24,000 bases of DNA from Geomonas azotofigens (GTDB lineage Bacteria > Desulfobacterota > Desulfuromonadia > Geobacterales > Geobacteraceae), in assembly GCF_018919395.1 (NCBI RefSeq), contig NZ_JAHLME010000002.1:698182-722181 (forward strand). The letters are read 5' to 3'. Below, one piece after another: positions 1 through 8,890 of the stretch. The notes beneath the pieces were generated by a model, which had not been told where the DNA came from, made no database searches, and saw only the letters and a program-made list of their open reading frames with translations. The stretch's first letter is position 1, and every line of letters begins with the position of its first letter. The translations under genes were made by a program, and so were the position numbers.

Positions 1-1
1 T

Positions 2-487
2 ACGGGCACGCATGACGCTCATGACAGCGGCGACCGGTTCCTGCATAAGCGCAACCTTACCGAGACCTGCCATACTTGCGGCCTGCATGGTAGCGTTCTT
101 CTGCATCTGGTTAAACGCCGCAGGAACGGTAATGACGGTTCCGGTATCAGGATCATTCCTGATTTCTTCAGGCATATAGCCGAACAGAAACTTCAACACC
201 TCTGCTGAACATTCCTCAGGGGTCTTGGTCAGGTTTACCGCTGTAAGCCGCACGGGCGTGCTCGTCCCCATGAGCCGTTTGAACAGCATTGCTGAATTAT
301 CCGGGCTGTGCGGAGCCGAATCATATGCTCGCTTTCCCACATATTTGTTGCCGCGACGGTCGATATATATCGCCGATGGGGTCACATCATTCTGCTCGGG
401 GCTCTTCCAAATGCGAGTTTCGGAACCGTCATAGGAACAGATCGCACTGTTTGTTGTACCTAGGTCAATGCCGACGAAATTTTTCAT
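2..487 (-). CDS. Hsp70-family ATPase (DnaK/HscC-like), N-terminal 162 codons; gene continues beyond the window start
   Basis: Absent from the ORF track because there is no stop in the window. My reverse-strand translation from the ATG at 487-485 reads MKNFVGIDLGTTNSAICSYDGSETRIWKSPEQNDVTPSAIYIDRRGNKYVGKRAYD...VITVPAAFNQMQKNATMQAASMAGLGKVALMQEPVAA. It contains the Hsp70 phosphate-1 motif GIDLGTTNS and the VITVPAxF / EPxAA motifs. The frame stays open to position 2. Confidence 0.85.
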   Translation of the reverse strand, partial: MKNFVGIDLGTTNSAICSYDGSETRIWKSPEQNDVTPSAIYIDRRGNKYVGKRAYDSAPHSPDNSAMLFKRLMGTSTPVRLTAVNLTKTPEECSAEVLKFLFGYMPEEIRNDPDTGTVITVPAAFNQMQKNATMQAASMAGLGKVALMQEPVAAVMSVMRAR

Positions 488-864
488 AGTTCCACCTTCC
501 TCAAAGTCACGGTTCCTGTCTTAACCAAACCTTCTTTTCCCATAATGATCGGCTCGAGCATCTGGTCGACCATCAAGGCATCGTTCCCATCGAACTCTTC
601 GATGTTCAGCGGGGTAGCAGCAATGCCGGGATCGAAGGGATGTCCCTCGACATTTACGATTCGTAGATCCGCTTGTTCAAGGGCCTCCTCGACCTTTTTG
701 ATGAACCAGCGGAACTGGCTTTTGTACCGGCTCTGCTCCCCGGCATCAAGTTTCAGCAGCAGACGGTCAAACACCCGGCCAAAGCGCCAAGACTCAATGG
801 CCATACTGAGTATGACATCCCGCATAGACTCGATGTTCGTGGTAATTTGTTCAGAGTCCGTCAT
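484..864 (-). CDS. GrpE-like nucleotide exchange factor candidate, translationally coupled to the Hsp70 gene
   Basis: ORF track 484..876. I prefer the internal ATG at 864 (MTDSEQ) because GGAGA lies 5 nt upstream, whereas the ATG at 876 has no SD. The C-terminal part GHPFDPGIAATPLNIEEFDGNDALMVDQMLEPIIMGKEGLVKTGTVTLRK follows the GrpE beta-domain pattern (G-x-x-FDP ... L-x-K/R-x-x-V). The stop TGA overlaps the Hsp70 ATG (ATGA at 484-487). Confidence 0.55.
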   Translation of the reverse strand: MTDSEQITTNIESMRDVILSMAIESWRFGRVFDRLLLKLDAGEQSRYKSQFRWFIKKVEEALEQADLRIVNVEGHPFDPGIAATPLNIEEFDGNDALMVDQMLEPIIMGKEGLVKTGTVTLRKVEL

Positions 865-1082
865 TTTTATCTCCATTTTCTGAAAACATACCGCACGTGA
901 GGTTCGTCAAACCTGGCTTAATCGATTGGGTCAAGTAAATCCACTGCAGTCGGCGGTATCGTAGCCATCCAGACGGCTGTGTAGACGGACCGCCTGACGA
1001 AGACCGTCCTCATAAGCCAAAGAGTTTTAGACAGAAGAGGCCACGCGGCCCACGTTAATGAGGGTCACACGAACCAGAATAC

Positions 1083-1114
1083 AAAAAGGCCGCCTGCAAA
1101 CAAGCGACCTTTTT
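1083..1114 (-). terminator. Rho-independent terminator candidate downstream of the YidB-like gene
   Basis: The minus strand reads AAAAAGGUCGC-uuguuugcag-GCGGCCUUUUU. This is a 6-bp GC-rich stem with one G-U pair (valid only on the minus strand) followed by a U run. Confidence 0.45.
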
Positions 1115-1398
1115 ACATACAGTTAATATAAATAGATTCACATACAGCCACAGCCTCACTCCCTTTGCACCATTTTGCCCCTTTTTGTACACCTTAAGGG
1201 CTCCAGATGTCAACCCATCCATAGCCGGTAACTAATAAATTTTTACCAATACCACTCCGACAAAATTCAAGAAACAGCGATGGCACCGACTCCTTCTGAA
1301 ACTTATGTGCCTCAACACACGAAAGCAAAGGGAGACGATCCACACGTCGCCTCCCTTCTATCCCTTGACTTACACCCAAGACAAGGGCAGTCGGCTCG

Positions 1399-1809
1399 TT
1401 ATGATAACTTGCTCTTTAAAAACTCCAGTCCCTTATCCAGAAATCCTCCTTCGGGAACGACGCCATCAGGCGTAATTTTATCTACAATATCTGGCAACTG
1501 CTCTGAAAGCATGGCTGTCACTTCTTCAGTTGACATCCCTGCCTTGGCTGCTAAATTCTGGATTCTTTCGCTCCCTAACCCTTCTTCAATTTGTTCGGGA
1601 GAAATTGGCGTATTCTGCCCTGTTCCGATCCATGAAGAAATGGTGTCTCCGAGTCCCTTCTGCTGGAACGATTGGACCAGCCCGCTTAATCCGCCCCCTT
1701 CTTTATCTGTGAGAATATCCATAACCCCCTTGAGGAGCCCCGAGCTCTCTCCACCGGATTCGCTTGACTTGCCAAGAACCTTGCCTACGACGTCGTCAAA
1801 TATTCCCAT
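1399..1809 (-). CDS. YidB-like protein (DUF937 family)
   Basis: 136-aa ORF with the Gly-rich motif GLSGLVQSFQQKGLGDTISSWIGTGQNTPISPEQIEEGLGSERIQNLAAKAGMS...LPDIVDKITPDG, typical of the YidB/DUF937 family. ATG start. Confidence 0.8.
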   Translation of the reverse strand: MGIFDDVVGKVLGKSSESGGESSGLLKGVMDILTDKEGGGLSGLVQSFQQKGLGDTISSWIGTGQNTPISPEQIEEGLGSERIQNLAAKAGMSTEEVTAMLSEQLPDIVDKITPDGVVPEGGFLDKGLEFLKSKLS

Positions 1810-1853
1810 GGCAACCTCCTTGTTCGCGGCTACATGTGATTAATTCACTGCAG

Positions 1854-2471
1854 CTACTTCCCCCCCTGCTTGGACTCCCGGTAACCCGCTTTAATTGCCT
1901 CTGACTCCGTCATGTAGGTCCCCTGTTTAGTTTTGCCGTACCATGTGCTACCGGATTTGTGATATATTTTCGAATCCGGATTCACCCAGACCATGCCGCT
2001 GCCTGCTGGAGGCTGAACCTGTTTTACAGCTTTTGCCGCTGCCGGGTTAGCAGGTACGGATGCCTTGGGGACCGAGACTTTCGGTACCACAACCGGTGCC
2101 GCCACAGGAGTCGTGCCAACTGCCACAAAGGGCTGTATCTTTTCAATGACCTTGGAGGACAGTCCAGCTTTGGAGAGATCGGCTGCCGAGGTATACGGCC
2201 TGCCATCGATGATTTTTTTAGCCGTTACTGCGCCGACACCAGGCAGTTTCTCTAACTCCGCCTGCGAAGCACTGTTGATATCAACCTTGGCTCCTAAAAC
2301 CGCGGGTTTCGTAGAGGTCTTTGTCTTTGCCGCCGTTTTTGCCTTATCCACGGCCTTTGCCTTATCCACGGTCTTGATGGCGTCGTCGGCACTGGCGCCC
2401 ACCAGGGAAACCCCAATGGCGAGCAGCACAGCAGCTGCGAACAACACCCCATTCAGCAGAAAACGCCTCAT
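1854..2471 (-). CDS. Secreted ComEA-like helix-hairpin-helix DNA-binding protein with a C-terminal YHxxG...EAxxAGYR module
   Basis: Signal-peptide-like N-terminus MRRFLLNGVLFAAAVLLAIGVSLVGASA. HhH segment DINSASQAELEKLPGVGAVTAKKIIDGRPY. SD AAGGAGG lies upstream of the ATG. Confidence 0.7.
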   Translation of the reverse strand: MRRFLLNGVLFAAAVLLAIGVSLVGASADDAIKTVDKAKAVDKAKTAAKTKTSTKPAVLGAKVDINSASQAELEKLPGVGAVTAKKIIDGRPYTSAADLSKAGLSSKVIEKIQPFVAVGTTPVAAPVVVPKVSVPKASVPANPAAAKAVKQVQPPAGSGMVWVNPDSKIYHKSGSTWYGKTKQGTYMTESEAIKAGYRESKQGGK

Positions 2472-2535
2472 GTCACACCTCCTTCATGCTTAAGCCAGAT
2501 GAACCTGCCTGAAGTCAAATCTTGCCCGTGACGAG

Positions 2536-2814
2536 TCACTTCTTTTTTCCCGCCTTGGCAGCAGCCTTGACATCGATTGTGGTGGCTTTCATGGTGTACA
2601 TGACAGTGACCTTGCTTCCAACCTGCAGATTGCCGGTCACCTTGGCATCCTTGTCCCGGGCGATTTCCCACTTTTCTTTACCCTTCTGGACCACGATCAT
2701 GTCATCTTTCACCTCTAGCACCGGACCGGTTACTTGGTAGGTCTTGGTCGTGCCAGCGAACACCGTTACAGCGGTAAGCAGAGCTACTCCTATCAACGCG
2801 GCGATCAGTCTCAT
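2536..2814 (-). CDS. Small secreted protein, function unknown
   Basis: ORF track 2536..2820. The second ATG (2814, MRLIAALIGVALL...) is 6 nt from AAGGAGG. It has a signal peptide and a Lys-rich C-terminus. Confidence 0.6.
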   Translation of the reverse strand: MRLIAALIGVALLTAVTVFAGTTKTYQVTGPVLEVKDDMIVVQKGKEKWEIARDKDAKVTGNLQVGSKVTVMYTMKATTIDVKAAAKAGKKK

Positions 2815-3039
2815 GTCCATCCTCCTTAGGGTAATAAGTTAAAAACAACTTTAAAAATTACCAGCCAACAGGTGTAAGTCAAGCTCTTACCATCCCATTG
2901 ATGGGGTTGCAAATTACTCGCTCCGCCGTACACTTTCCTAGTTAATTCGCAGTTAAGGAGTTTATGTTTAGCGGCAAAGGCCTCAGTAGCCTGGCAGCCT
3001 GTGGACCAAACGCTGGCAATCACCTTAGCGGAGGTACGT

Positions 3040-3870
3040 ATGGATAACATGAGTCAATACCGGCAGCTTGCAGTCACTTATGCCACCGAATTCGGGACCA
3101 AGGTCATCGCCGTAATTATTTTCTGGTTGGTTGGCCGCTGGTTGATTGGACTAGTGGGGCGCATGCTTCAGGGAGTTTTGGAGAAGCAAAAAGTCGATGC
3201 TACCCTAATGCGCTACATCGGCAATTTCGTGGCCGTCACGCTGAACATCATCTTAGTTGTCGCCATACTTGGTTACTGCGGAATCCAGACCACCACCTTT
3301 GCGGCGTTGGTGGCTGGTATAGGTATCGCGATCGGCGCTGCTTGGGGTGGGCTACTCTCGAACCTTGCAGCAGGGATCTTTCTCGTAGTGTTGCATCCAT
3401 TCAAAGTCGGTGATTTCGTAACTGCTGGCGGGGTGACTGGCACAGTTAAAGAGATCGGACTTTTCGTTACCGCCATCAACACCCCAGACAATGTCTTGAC
3501 TATGGTTGGCAATGGCAAAGTTTTCAGCGACAACATCCAGAACTACACCGCAAATCCGTTTAGGAGGGTTGAATTGAAATGCCAACTGGCCGGCAGTACC
3601 GATCACGTTGCAGCCATGCAGCTACTACGGAACAAACTAGCAACAGTTCCCAACGTGTTATCGCAACCGCCGGTGGAGGTCGAAATTTTGGAGTTCACCT
3701 TGATTGGACCCGTGTTGGCAGTTCGACCATTCTGCCACAACGACAATTACTGGCAGGTTTATTTCGACGGCAACCGTACTATCCGTGAGAGCCTTTCTGC
3801 AGCCGGGTTCCCTGCTCCAATGCCAGCACAGATGGTGCTAGTGAATTCAATAAACAGCCCAACGACATAA
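3040..3870 (+). CDS. MscS-family small-conductance mechanosensitive channel
   Basis: ORF track 3001..3870. The ATG at 3040 is preceded by GGAGG. There are three N-terminal TM segments, then the MscS core ...GIGIAIGAAWGGLLSNLAAGIFLVVLHPFKVGDFVTAGGVTGTVKEIGLFVTAINTPDNVLTMVGNGKVFSDNIQNYT. Confidence 0.85.
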   Translation: MDNMSQYRQLAVTYATEFGTKVIAVIIFWLVGRWLIGLVGRMLQGVLEKQKVDATLMRYIGNFVAVTLNIILVVAILGYCGIQTTTFAALVAGIGIAIGAAWGGLLSNLAAGIFLVVLHPFKVGDFVTAGGVTGTVKEIGLFVTAINTPDNVLTMVGNGKVFSDNIQNYTANPFRRVELKCQLAGSTDHVAAMQLLRNKLATVPNVLSQPPVEVEILEFTLIGPVLAVRPFCHNDNYWQVYFDGNRTIRESLSAAGFPAPMPAQMVLVNSINSPTT

Positions 3871-4162
3871 ACAAGCAGGAGACCAACCTCGACACAAAGG
3901 ATACTTACGATAAGTGCTGAATAGTAATGGCTGGAGGTGGACCGCTTTGGGAGTGGATCTATAACACAGTGACCTCACATTTAGAGGCAAGGGGGGGCAG
4001 AAAGGTATGCTCTTCCACCTTGGGGGAGGGGCAGCAGATTAACCAGCACGGGGATGGCCCTCTGAAACAACCCTTCATTTTCAAGAGAAACCTTGTATCC
4101 AGCTCGTGAAGGAGCATCCATCAAAGGCTTGATACATGTACGAGGTGACGAAACTGAAAATA

Positions 4163-4188
4163 GATAAGGCCGCAAAAGCGGCCTTATC
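4163..4188 (-). terminator. Rho-independent terminator candidate for the K/A-rich protein gene
   Basis: 11-bp perfect stem GATAAGGCCGC-aaaa-GCGGCCTTATC. On the minus strand it is followed by the T-rich run tattttcagttt, 47 nt downstream of the stop at 4235. Confidence 0.55.
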
Positions 4189-4234
4189 GAGAATTCACGC
4201 GGTTAATTTTTGTAGAGTAGCCCCACTCGTTTAA

Positions 4235-4642
4235 TTATTTAACCACCGGCACTGTCGCATCTTTTACAGCGTTCGCATCAGCCTTAGCTTTTTCCTTTAC
4301 TCCTTTTGCATCAGCTTTGGCCTTGGCTTTTGCGTCTTTTGCCTCTTTGGTTTTCGCTTCTTTGGCTTCTTTAGCCTTTGCAACTGCATCAGCTTTTGCC
4401 TTTGCTTTTGCAGATTTTACCTCATCAGCCTTGGCTTTTGCATCAGCTTTTGCCTTCCCTTTAGCTACTTTCGCATCGTTAGCTTTTGCGGTAGCTGCAT
4501 CTGCACCTTTCTGCACATCGCCAGCAGCCTTGTTTACAGCAGCAGGTACATAAGACGGATTGGTAGCTTCAGCAGCGAACGCTACAGCAGTAAAGGACAC
4601 GGCTACCAGGGTGGCAACTATTGCAGACAGGACTTTCTTCAT
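4235..4642 (-). CDS. Secreted Lys/Ala-rich low-complexity repeat protein
   Basis: ORF track 4235..4651 (GTG). The ATG at 4642 (MKKVLSAIVATLVAVSFTAVAFA) lies 8 nt after GGAGG. The mature part is dominated by AKAKADAKAKADEVKSAKAKAKADAVAKAKEAKEAKTKEAKDAKAKAKADAKG. Confidence 0.65.
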   Translation of the reverse strand: MKKVLSAIVATLVAVSFTAVAFAAEATNPSYVPAAVNKAAGDVQKGADAATAKANDAKVAKGKAKADAKAKADEVKSAKAKAKADAVAKAKEAKEAKTKEAKDAKAKAKADAKGVKEKAKADANAVKDATVPVVK

Positions 4643-4850
4643 GGGTAACACCTCCAGATGATTTTGCGAACGTATTTAACGCTGTAGCCAAATATCATAA
4701 TACTCGCAATTTGCTAAACCGCTAATACTCATTCTGACTTTACTCAGCCAACCTAGGATACATGTAGTACCGAGTACACTACCTTCTGCAAAATGTCATT
4801 CTTCATCTACTGAAACTTTTTTTGACATCAAAAACAATAGCCGCACCTAA

Positions 4851-5105
4851 TTAATCTTCATGGCGATCATGTTTCTTATGTTTTTTATGCTTTTTGTGAC
4901 CTTTATGTTTGCCATTATCTGAGTGCTCAGTAACCACTTTTTCTTTTACAATCACGCGGTCTCGCTCAACAACTCTTACAGGTTGAGGTTGAGGAGAGCC
5001 CACCTGTACTTGTACCCCAGGAGTACTGACGCCAACATTGACACCAGCAATAGCAAAACTTGCGGTTGCTCCAACCAGGACAATGCCACCAATCATTTTT
5101 TTCAA
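4851..5105 (-). CDS. Small secreted protein with a His/Lys-rich C-terminal tail
   Basis: TTG start with GGAGA 7 nt upstream. Signal peptide MKKMIGGIVLVGATASFAIA. Tail HSDNGKHKGHKKHKKHKKHDRHED. Confidence 0.55.
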   Translation of the reverse strand: MKKMIGGIVLVGATASFAIAGVNVGVSTPGVQVQVGSPQPQPVRVVERDRVIVKEKVVTEHSDNGKHKGHKKHKKHKKHDRHED

Positions 5106-5156
5106 CGTAGGTTCTCCTTGTGACTATCGTTAAAATGTTGCACTCGCGTAAGAGTC

Positions 5157-5843
5157 TTAATTGTTACCACTGTTCTCAGCCCGAGCCTTCTCGTTAGGAG
5201 TAATCTCTAGTTGCACACGGCGGTTTAATGCGCGATTCGCATCAGTGTCGTTGGGTACTGCGGGGCGGCTTGAGCCATACCCTATCGCAGTCATTCGAGC
5301 ACTGGGCACTCCGTTTGAGACTAAAAAGTCACGAACCTGATCTGCCCGCCTTTGACTCAAAGGCTGGTTGATGGCGTCGGTCCCGCTAGAATCAGTATGC
5401 CCCTGGATAATTATGGTGGTTTCTGACTTCGCCAAGGTAGCCGCAGCCTTGGCCAGCGAGTCTTTAGCTGCCGGTTTGAGGTCAGCCTTGCCTGTATCAA
5501 ACAATATCCCCGACGGCAGCGCTACAAACACCTTGTCCCCGTCCCTTACTACCTCGGCTTCAGGCATACTCTTTTTCAGTGCAGCCGCCTGCCGGTCCAT
5601 GTAGTTGCCGATACCGCCTCCGACGACCGCGCCGGTAAGGCCACCGATTGCTGCATTCCGTCCTCGATGTGACTTCCCACCAACCAGTGCCCCCACACCC
5701 GCACCAAGTGCAGCGCCACCGAGCGATCCGATAGCGGTCTTCTGCCACTCGGTGCTACCGTCAGGGTTTGTCGCGCAACCACTAGCCAAAATTGCAACGA
5801 GGGCGCACCCAATGATGATTCTGCCTAACGCCTTTGTTTTCAT
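5157..5843 (-). CDS. OmpA-family lipoprotein (glycine-zipper region plus OmpA C-terminal peptidoglycan-binding domain)
   Basis: ORF track 5157..5921. The ATG at 5843 gives MKTKALGRIIIGCALVAILASGC with lipobox LASGC. The OmpA_C motifs are GHTDSSGTDAINQPLSQRRADQVRDFLVSNGV...NRRVQLEI. Confidence 0.85.
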   Translation of the reverse strand: MKTKALGRIIIGCALVAILASGCATNPDGSTEWQKTAIGSLGGAALGAGVGALVGGKSHRGRNAAIGGLTGAVVGGGIGNYMDRQAAALKKSMPEAEVVRDGDKVFVALPSGILFDTGKADLKPAAKDSLAKAAATLAKSETTIIIQGHTDSSGTDAINQPLSQRRADQVRDFLVSNGVPSARMTAIGYGSSRPAVPNDTDANRALNRRVQLEITPNEKARAENSGNN

Positions 5844-5931
5844 GCTCTTTCTCCTTCGGGTTACATTAGTATGCAGATGCAAGAGGCTTGTTATCGCTAG
5901 TATCAGAACATAATTGCACATTTACATTCAA

Positions 5932-6336
5932 TTAACGGTTACCCTTTAGTAAATCCCTGATTTCAGCAAGCAGAATCTCTTCTCGTGTTGGTGCAGGTGG
6001 CACCTCTGGTGCCGCTGCTTCTTTTTTCTTCATTGTATTTATCGCCTTGACTGCCGCGAAAATTGCAAACGCGATTATGGTAAAGTCTATGAGGGTTTGT
6101 ATAAACTTGCCATAACTGATCAGCACAGGAGGCTTTTTGTCAACCCCCTCCTTCACAATGATGGCCAGTTGGGAAAAATCAACTCCCCCCAGCATGACTC
6201 CGATTGGTGGCATAATAACGTCACCGACAAAGGACGACACTATTTTGGCAAATGCTGCACCAATGATGATACCCACCGCCATATCGACAACGTTACCTTT
6301 TACAGCAAACTCCTTAAATTCTTTGACAATGCTCAT
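5932..6336 (-). CDS. mscL: Large-conductance mechanosensitive channel MscL
   Basis: 134 aa. [46 protein letters not shown] is the canonical MscL N-terminus and TM1. Confidence 0.95.
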   Translation of the reverse strand: MSIVKEFKEFAVKGNVVDMAVGIIIGAAFAKIVSSFVGDVIMPPIGVMLGGVDFSQLAIIVKEGVDKKPPVLISYGKFIQTLIDFTIIAFAIFAAVKAINTMKKKEAAAPEVPPAPTREEILLAEIRDLLKGNR

Positions 6337-6518
6337 GTTGATGTCCTCCGTGAGGATTACGAGTTAGGCCCCACCCGCCAGAGCGGCCAGATGGGGATTG
6401 GTGTACGACGTCGTAGTTGTCATAGCTCCTGTCAAGGAGATGAAGGGGGCAGCATAGGATTTGTCGACCCCACGGGAACAGTATCCCTGTTTTCGTTTTG
6501 ATTTCTGGCAAGCTGCAT

Positions 6519-7211
6519 CTACTCATTGCTGGATCCGAGAAAGCGGTAAATCGCACCACCAGCTACCGCCCCGACAATTGGGGCAATCCAAAAGAGCCAC
6601 AGTTGCGAAATGGCCCATCCTCCGACGAATATAGCAACCCCCGTGCTGCGTGCTGGGTTTACCGATGTGTTGGTGATTGGAATGCTGATGAGGTGGATCA
6701 AGGTAAGCCCCAAGCCGATGGCAATCGGCGCAAATCCCTGTGGTGCACGTTTGTCAGTTGCTCCCATGATGATAAACAGGAACATCATGGTCATGACAAT
6801 CTCTGTGATGAGTCCAGCGAACATCGAATACCCGCCGGGGGAATGCTCCCCATAGCCATTTGAAGCGAAGCCCGCAGCAACATCAAACCCCATTTTTCCG
6901 CTCGCAATCAGGAAAAGTACTGCCGCACCAGCGATCCCCCCGAGCACCTGAACAATGATGTACGGCACAAGGTCTTTAGCAGGGAAACGTCCGCCTGCAA
7001 AGAGACCGATGGAAACCGCCGGGTTCAGATGGCAGCCCGAAATATGTCCAATAGCGAATGCCATCGTGAGGACCGTCAAACCGAAAGCCAGAGCGACGCC
7101 ATGTAACCCAATCCCAACATTCGGCAAAGCAGCCGCGAGTACCGCACTACCACAGCCACCAAGAACCAACCAGAATGTACCGATGAACTCAGCGCAGAGT
7201 CTCTTTGACAT
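6519..7211 (-). CDS. aqpZ: Aquaporin Z
   Basis: ORF track 6519..7319 (TTG extension). The ATG at 7211 gives [27 protein letters not shown]. It has two NPA boxes (HLNPAVS, SVNPARS). GGAGAA lies upstream. Confidence 0.92.
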   Translation of the reverse strand: MSKRLCAEFIGTFWLVLGGCGSAVLAAALPNVGIGLHGVALAFGLTVLTMAFAIGHISGCHLNPAVSIGLFAGGRFPAKDLVPYIIVQVLGGIAGAAVLFLIASGKMGFDVAAGFASNGYGEHSPGGYSMFAGLITEIVMTMMFLFIIMGATDKRAPQGFAPIAIGLGLTLIHLISIPITNTSVNPARSTGVAIFVGGWAISQLWLFWIAPIVGAVAGGAIYRFLGSSNE

Positions 7212-7325
7212 TGTGATTCTCCTTCCAGGTAAGAGTGCGATGAAACATGAGAAATCATAGCAAAACACCCTCCTAGAAAAAACTCCAAAAGGGTGTTTGC
7301 TTGTTAGCGTCGGTAGCAATGATTA

Positions 7326-8621
7326 CTAATTGTTGTTGCAGGTGAAGTTGGATTCAATACGACGATTCTGTGCTTTCCCTGCTTTGGTCTTGTTGCTGGC
7401 GATGGGCTTTGTAGGACCATATCCAACAGCTTTGATTCGCTCAGGAACGATCCCGAATTCTTTGACAAGATAATTACGTATCGTATCTGCGCGTCGCTGA
7501 GAGAGTTTCATGTTAAGTGCTTTGGGGCCAACATTGTCAGTGTGTCCCTCAATCACCCCCGTGGCTTTGGGAAACTCGTTCAAAAAGTCAGCCAGAGTTT
7601 TCAATTCATTGCGATACTGGGGCTTGAGATCGGCCTTGTTAGTATCGAACTGGACGTTTATGACTGCAGGGCTGCACAGTTTAGGAGCGGGAGCAGGAGC
7701 TACCACTACTGGAGCGGGTGCGATTACCGCAACTCTTGCTGCGCTCTTAGCAGTGCCGCCAGCGCCATTGCAAGTCAGGGTGTACGCAGCATTGTCAGTG
7801 GGGGCAATCGTCATAGTGCCCTGAGGCTGAACAGAGCCAATTTCAGGCTGAATTTCGCAGTTGGTAGCATTGTTCGAACTCCACGTCAAGGTCGCTGTTT
7901 CACCTTTGGTGATCGAGTTCGGGGCAACCGTCATATTGACAGAAGGAGCCGGAGGCACCGGCACTGGGACAGGAGCAACTACCGGAGCCGGAACTGGCTT
8001 TTGCACAGGAGCAGGCTCAACAACCGGTTCGGGCACAGGGGCCGGAGCCGCCACTGGTGCAGAAGCGGTCTTGCCCCCAAACAAGAAGGTCAGACCCGCT
8101 GTGTATTCCCAGTTGTACTTGGGACTGTCAGGGCTCTCCAGTAAGAACAGCTGACGAGCATCAGCGCGCAGAGCTACCGAGTCGGTCACAAAGTACTTGA
8201 CCCCACCGCCGGCATTGATAGTCGCATCGGTGGTTCTGTCGCTGATTTTAAGCCCTTCACGGCCGTGCCCATAGGTAATTCCCCCGCCGCCCACGGCAAG
8301 GTACGGTACCAGCGGCCCTTCAGGGAGGAAGTTGTAGAGGATGTCCAAGCGATAGGACAGTGCGTTGACACTCCTGTCATTGCGCGTTCCTTCGGTCGCA
8401 AGGTAATCAGCGACGGCTTCGACCCCCCAGTTCTTTGTCAGGTCGTACCCCAGACGCAGCCCGAAGACAGGGGCGGTTTTCAGGTGCTGCTCACCATCAA
8501 AGGTGTAACCACCGGCAAACGGAGAAATAGAGAACGCCCCCTCTCGCTCTCCAGCGATTGCGGCAGTCGCCACAGTCAGCACTGCAGCGCAGGCAAACAT
8601 CGATGAAACAATCTTTTTCAT
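7326..8621 (-). CDS. OmpA-family outer membrane protein: N-terminal beta-barrel, Pro-rich linkers, inserted Ig-like domain, OmpA C-terminal domain
   Basis: ORF track 7326..8639. The ATG at 8621 (MKKIVSSMFACAAVLTVATAAIA) follows GGAGGG. Barrel-like repeats end in TFLFGG. The C-terminus is GHTDNVGPKALNMKLSQRRADTIRNYLV...NRRIE. Confidence 0.85.
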   Translation of the reverse strand: MKKIVSSMFACAAVLTVATAAIAGEREGAFSISPFAGGYTFDGEQHLKTAPVFGLRLGYDLTKNWGVEAVADYLATEGTRNDRSVNALSYRLDILYNFLPEGPLVPYLAVGGGGITYGHGREGLKISDRTTDATINAGGGVKYFVTDSVALRADARQLFLLESPDSPKYNWEYTAGLTFLFGGKTASAPVAAPAPVPEPVVEPAPVQKPVPAPVVAPVPVPVPPAPSVNMTVAPNSITKGETATLTWSSNNATNCEIQPEIGSVQPQGTMTIAPTDNAAYTLTCNGAGGTAKSAARVAVIAPAPVVVAPAPAPKLCSPAVINVQFDTNKADLKPQYRNELKTLADFLNEFPKATGVIEGHTDNVGPKALNMKLSQRRADTIRNYLVKEFGIVPERIKAVGYGPTKPIASNKTKAGKAQNRRIESNFTCNNN

Positions 8622-8758
8622 ACACCCTCCTTTGAACAAATTAGAGACCTACAAGCTCAAACGCCATGCGGCGTCGAACATCACCTAAAGACCATAACAA
8701 ACCTCCGCCCCAAAAGCAACTTCCATTAATGCACAACTATGTGTGGCCCATTTTGTCT

Positions 8759-8890
8759 ATCGGAATCCAATTTCAACCCACCATCGACAATTATGAGACC
8801 TACCCGCAATCTAGTAACGGAAAAATATTTCACAGAGTGTGGGCAACCCGGAACGCCAATACTGTGTTAAAATTCGAAGCCGACCCACAA
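8759..8890 (+). repeat. Copy A of a diverged ~130-nt direct repeat
   Basis: ATCGGAATCCAATTTCAACCCACCATCGAC...TTTCACAGAGTGTGGGCAACCC...GTTAAAATTCGAAGCCGACCCACAA aligns colinearly with 10050-10182 at roughly 75% identity by eye. The best-conserved blocks are at the head and the tail. Confidence 0.8.

Noticed and set aside
6519-7319. N-terminal extensions offered by the ORF track for aqpZ (to 7319). The same applies to the OmpA lipoprotein (to 5921), the integrase (to 17792), pyrF (to 19742), rlmB (to 18824), the phosphoesterase (to 14951) and mscS (from 3001).
   Set aside because: In each case an internal ATG is preceded by a good Shine-Dalgarno sequence and yields the canonical family N-terminus (signal peptide, lipobox or conserved motif). 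The extended starts are TTG or GTG codons, or have no SD.
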